Shown piece after piece: positions 62,134 through 64,000 of a stretch of 64,000 bases of DNA. This DNA is from Vicugna vicugna. Taxonomy: Eukaryota. The notes beneath the pieces were generated by a model that saw only the letters and a program-made list of their open reading frames with translations, made no database searches and was not told the DNA's origin. The DNA is taken from contig MU060042.1 in assembly GCA_013265495.1 (NCBI GenBank), positions 5,452,258 to 5,516,257 on the forward strand, given 5' to 3'. Positions within the stretch are counted from its first letter, which is position 1; every line of letters begins with the position of its first letter. Both the position numbers and the translations under genes were made by a program.

Positions 62134-62388
62134 GCTCTGGGTCTGGATCAAGTGGAACCAGACAGAAGAGGACCACAGGCCTGGAGGCCACAGCCCTGGA
62201 GACCACAGTCATGAAGACCACAGCCCTGGAGACCACAGCCATGAAGACCACAGCCCTGGAGACCACAGCCATAAAGACCACAGTCCTGGAGACCACAGCC
62301 CTGGATACCACAGTCATGAAGACCACAGCCCTGGAGACCACAGTCATGAAGACCACAGCTCAGGAGACATCCCTTCGAAGTCCCAGTG
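62134..62388 (+). CDS. Speculative coding exon: Ser/Gly linker, RQKR, Thr-rich mucin-like repeat
   Basis: Open 255-nt segment between the acceptor ctttcgctgctgtcacgcag and the donor GTG|gtaact, phase 1 at both ends. No partner exons were found. Confidence 0.2.
62171..62365. repeat. 15-bp tandem repeat x13 with two alternating variants (GACCACAGCCCTGGA / GACCACAGYCATGAA)
   Basis: Thirteen in-register units from 62171; the alternation gives an imperfect 30-bp higher-order period. Confidence 0.97.
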
Positions 62389-63181
62389 GTAACTGCAAGA
62401 GAGACCTTGGGGTAGGAGCTGAAGTTCTGAAATCAGCAGAGATGTCTCAGTTGGCCCTGTGCACTTCTGCTCTTGTGACCACACTTACTCATGGACAACA
62501 AGCAAGAGACACCATTTTGCACTTGTCCCTGTGTCACCTGGGCAATGAAGGATCTCCCAGAAGTCCCACCTAATAGATTAAAGCCATATTGTACGAGGTT
62601 TTCCTCTGGGGACTACTTTGTGCATCGGGTGTATCAAAACAGATTCCATAATAGACTTTGTGCAAGACAGAGCCTTTATTGCTGGAGGCATCCGAGGACA
62701 ATCCCCATCCTCTCCTTGGCCGCTGCCTCTCTTTCTTCTGTGTACTCCTGAGGCTTGGCCTGAAATTAGAGAAGGTGTCTGCCGAGTGGTAAAAAGCAAA
62801 ATGTAGGAAATTTGCATGAGTTTGTTCCAGAAAATCACAGTCAGCACAAAATAATCCCCTTCAGTCCACTGCAGAGGGCTCAGAGAAGCATGGAGAAAGA
62901 GACGCTGGGTGACCATGGAGGCGTGAGGATTCATTTCCACCGAACATCTATCCGAAGTTTAAAAACAGGACAGCCAGAGGGCGGCAGAGATGTGGAGAGA
63001 AGACGGGGTTCTTGCCCCTGCCCTCCACCACCTTGACACGGGGAAAACCAGCCAGCGTCATCAGACGTCTGTGCTGAGACAGGACCACCCGTAAGTGGGG
63101 GCGCTGAGCTGCTGGCGTGCGGAGGGCCTCGGAGGGCCTGGGCTCCGCCTGGTGTGGGAGCGAAGCTGAGCTAGCTGGGGG

Positions 63182-63218
63182 ACGTGTGTGTGTGTGTGCG
63201 CGTGTGCACACGCACACG
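63182..63218. other. 37-bp perfect alternating purine-pyrimidine tract (Z-DNA-prone)
   Basis: ACGTGTGTGTGTGTGTGCGCGTGTGCACACGCACACG contains no AT/TA steps. Confidence 0.8.
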
Positions 63219-63249
63219 GGGTGCTTCTGAGCACCAGTTCTGTTCCCCT

Positions 63250-64000
63250 CGGTGTTCCGCTGTTGTTCCTCTGCTCTTCCCGCGAGGTCTCCGGCTCGCA
63301 CCCCGGGGGCCGCCCGCGCCTCACCTGCCGCCGGCCAGCGTCGCACACCTTTGCCGCAGCAGAGACGCCCTTGGTGCCCCCAGGAGACCGCGCGCTGCAT
63401 TGCGGGGCGCCGTGGGGTCCGGCGCTGGCGCCCGGCAGCTGTCCGAGCGAGTCCGGAGGGCGGAGCTCTCTAACAACCCCTCCGGCCCAGCCTCGGGGCA
63501 GAGTCCAGTAGTGACTGCCGCGTGTGTCCCCTCACCGCGAGGCGCGGCAGCACAGCACCGCAGAACGAGCGCGGCGGCGATGTTAGCACGGCAATGACAA
63601 GTGCTGGTGAGGACTCAGTGCTCCGTGCTGCGGCACGTGCTGCAGTGCCTGGGAAATTAGTACCCACTGTAATCTTCATGCAGCCCTCGGAGCCACGTGT
63701 TACTCCATCCAAGACGAGGAGAGTGAAGACTGGAGAGGAATGCACCTGCCCGAGGTCACACAGGTCACGAGAATCAAAGGGAGATCCAAAGTCGCGTCTG
63801 CCTGACTTCCAAGCTTGTGCTCGTGGTGCTCCCCGGGCCCGCCTCGCCGGGCCCCGCCCCACCCGGACCCCGCCCCGCCCCGCCCGGACCTCGCCCCTCC
63901 TGGCCCCGCCCTCCCAGGACCCCGCCACACACACAAAGCGGGCGGGGCCGCCGGGCACAGAGCGGCGCGCCATTCCGCACGTCCGCGCCCTGACATCCGT
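63250..64000. promoter_or_regulatory. CpG-island promoter running off the window edge; the gene probably starts at or beyond 64 kb
   Basis: Multiple GC boxes (CCCCGCCC) at 63852-63950, GGCGCGCC at 63964-63971, GCACGT (RCGTG on the minus strand) at 63977-63982, and an RFX-like GTTAGCACGGCAAT at 63582-63595. Confidence 0.85.
63660..63820 (-). mobile_element. MIR fragment inside the terminal CpG island
   Basis: GACGAGGAGAGTGAAGACTGGAGAGG...CCTGCCCGAGGTCACACAG...GTCTGCCTGACTTCCAAGCTTGTGCTC. Confidence 0.7.

Overview
Mammalian genomic DNA, most likely camelid. This is inferred from four tRNA-Ala-derived SINEs of the camelid vic-1 type and a young L1 3' end. The window is GC-rich with a subtelomeric character. 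I could not recognise any protein-coding exon, RNA gene or gene name. Nearly all long ORFs in the track are explained by high GC content, tandem repeats or L1 remnants. What is supported: L1 fossils of several ages (one young 5'-truncated copy with a 17-bp TSD and two N runs), MaLR LTRs, a Tigger2-type MITE, MIR/L2 fragments, at least seven minisatellites or short tandem duplications, two strong CpG-island promoters (15.8-16.8 kb, and 63.25-64 kb running off the edge), further orphan CpG islands, and AT-rich motif-dense blocks that look like developmental enhancers. The leads most worth a second look are: (1) a 15-bp repeat at 62.17-62.37 kb that can be read as a phase 1-1 furin-site/mucin exon, as a His/Asp-rich small ORF, or as a RUNX site array; (2) strong AT-to-GC rewriting of old repeats, which has turned an L1 fossil into a CpG-rich island; (3) a PBX-HOX/CCATAAA-rich block at 48-49 kb; (4) minisatellites whose units are TF motifs or G-quadruplexes; (5) a Cys-rich basic small ORF at 3.4-3.7 kb. 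All functional readings are inference and need comparative or expression data.
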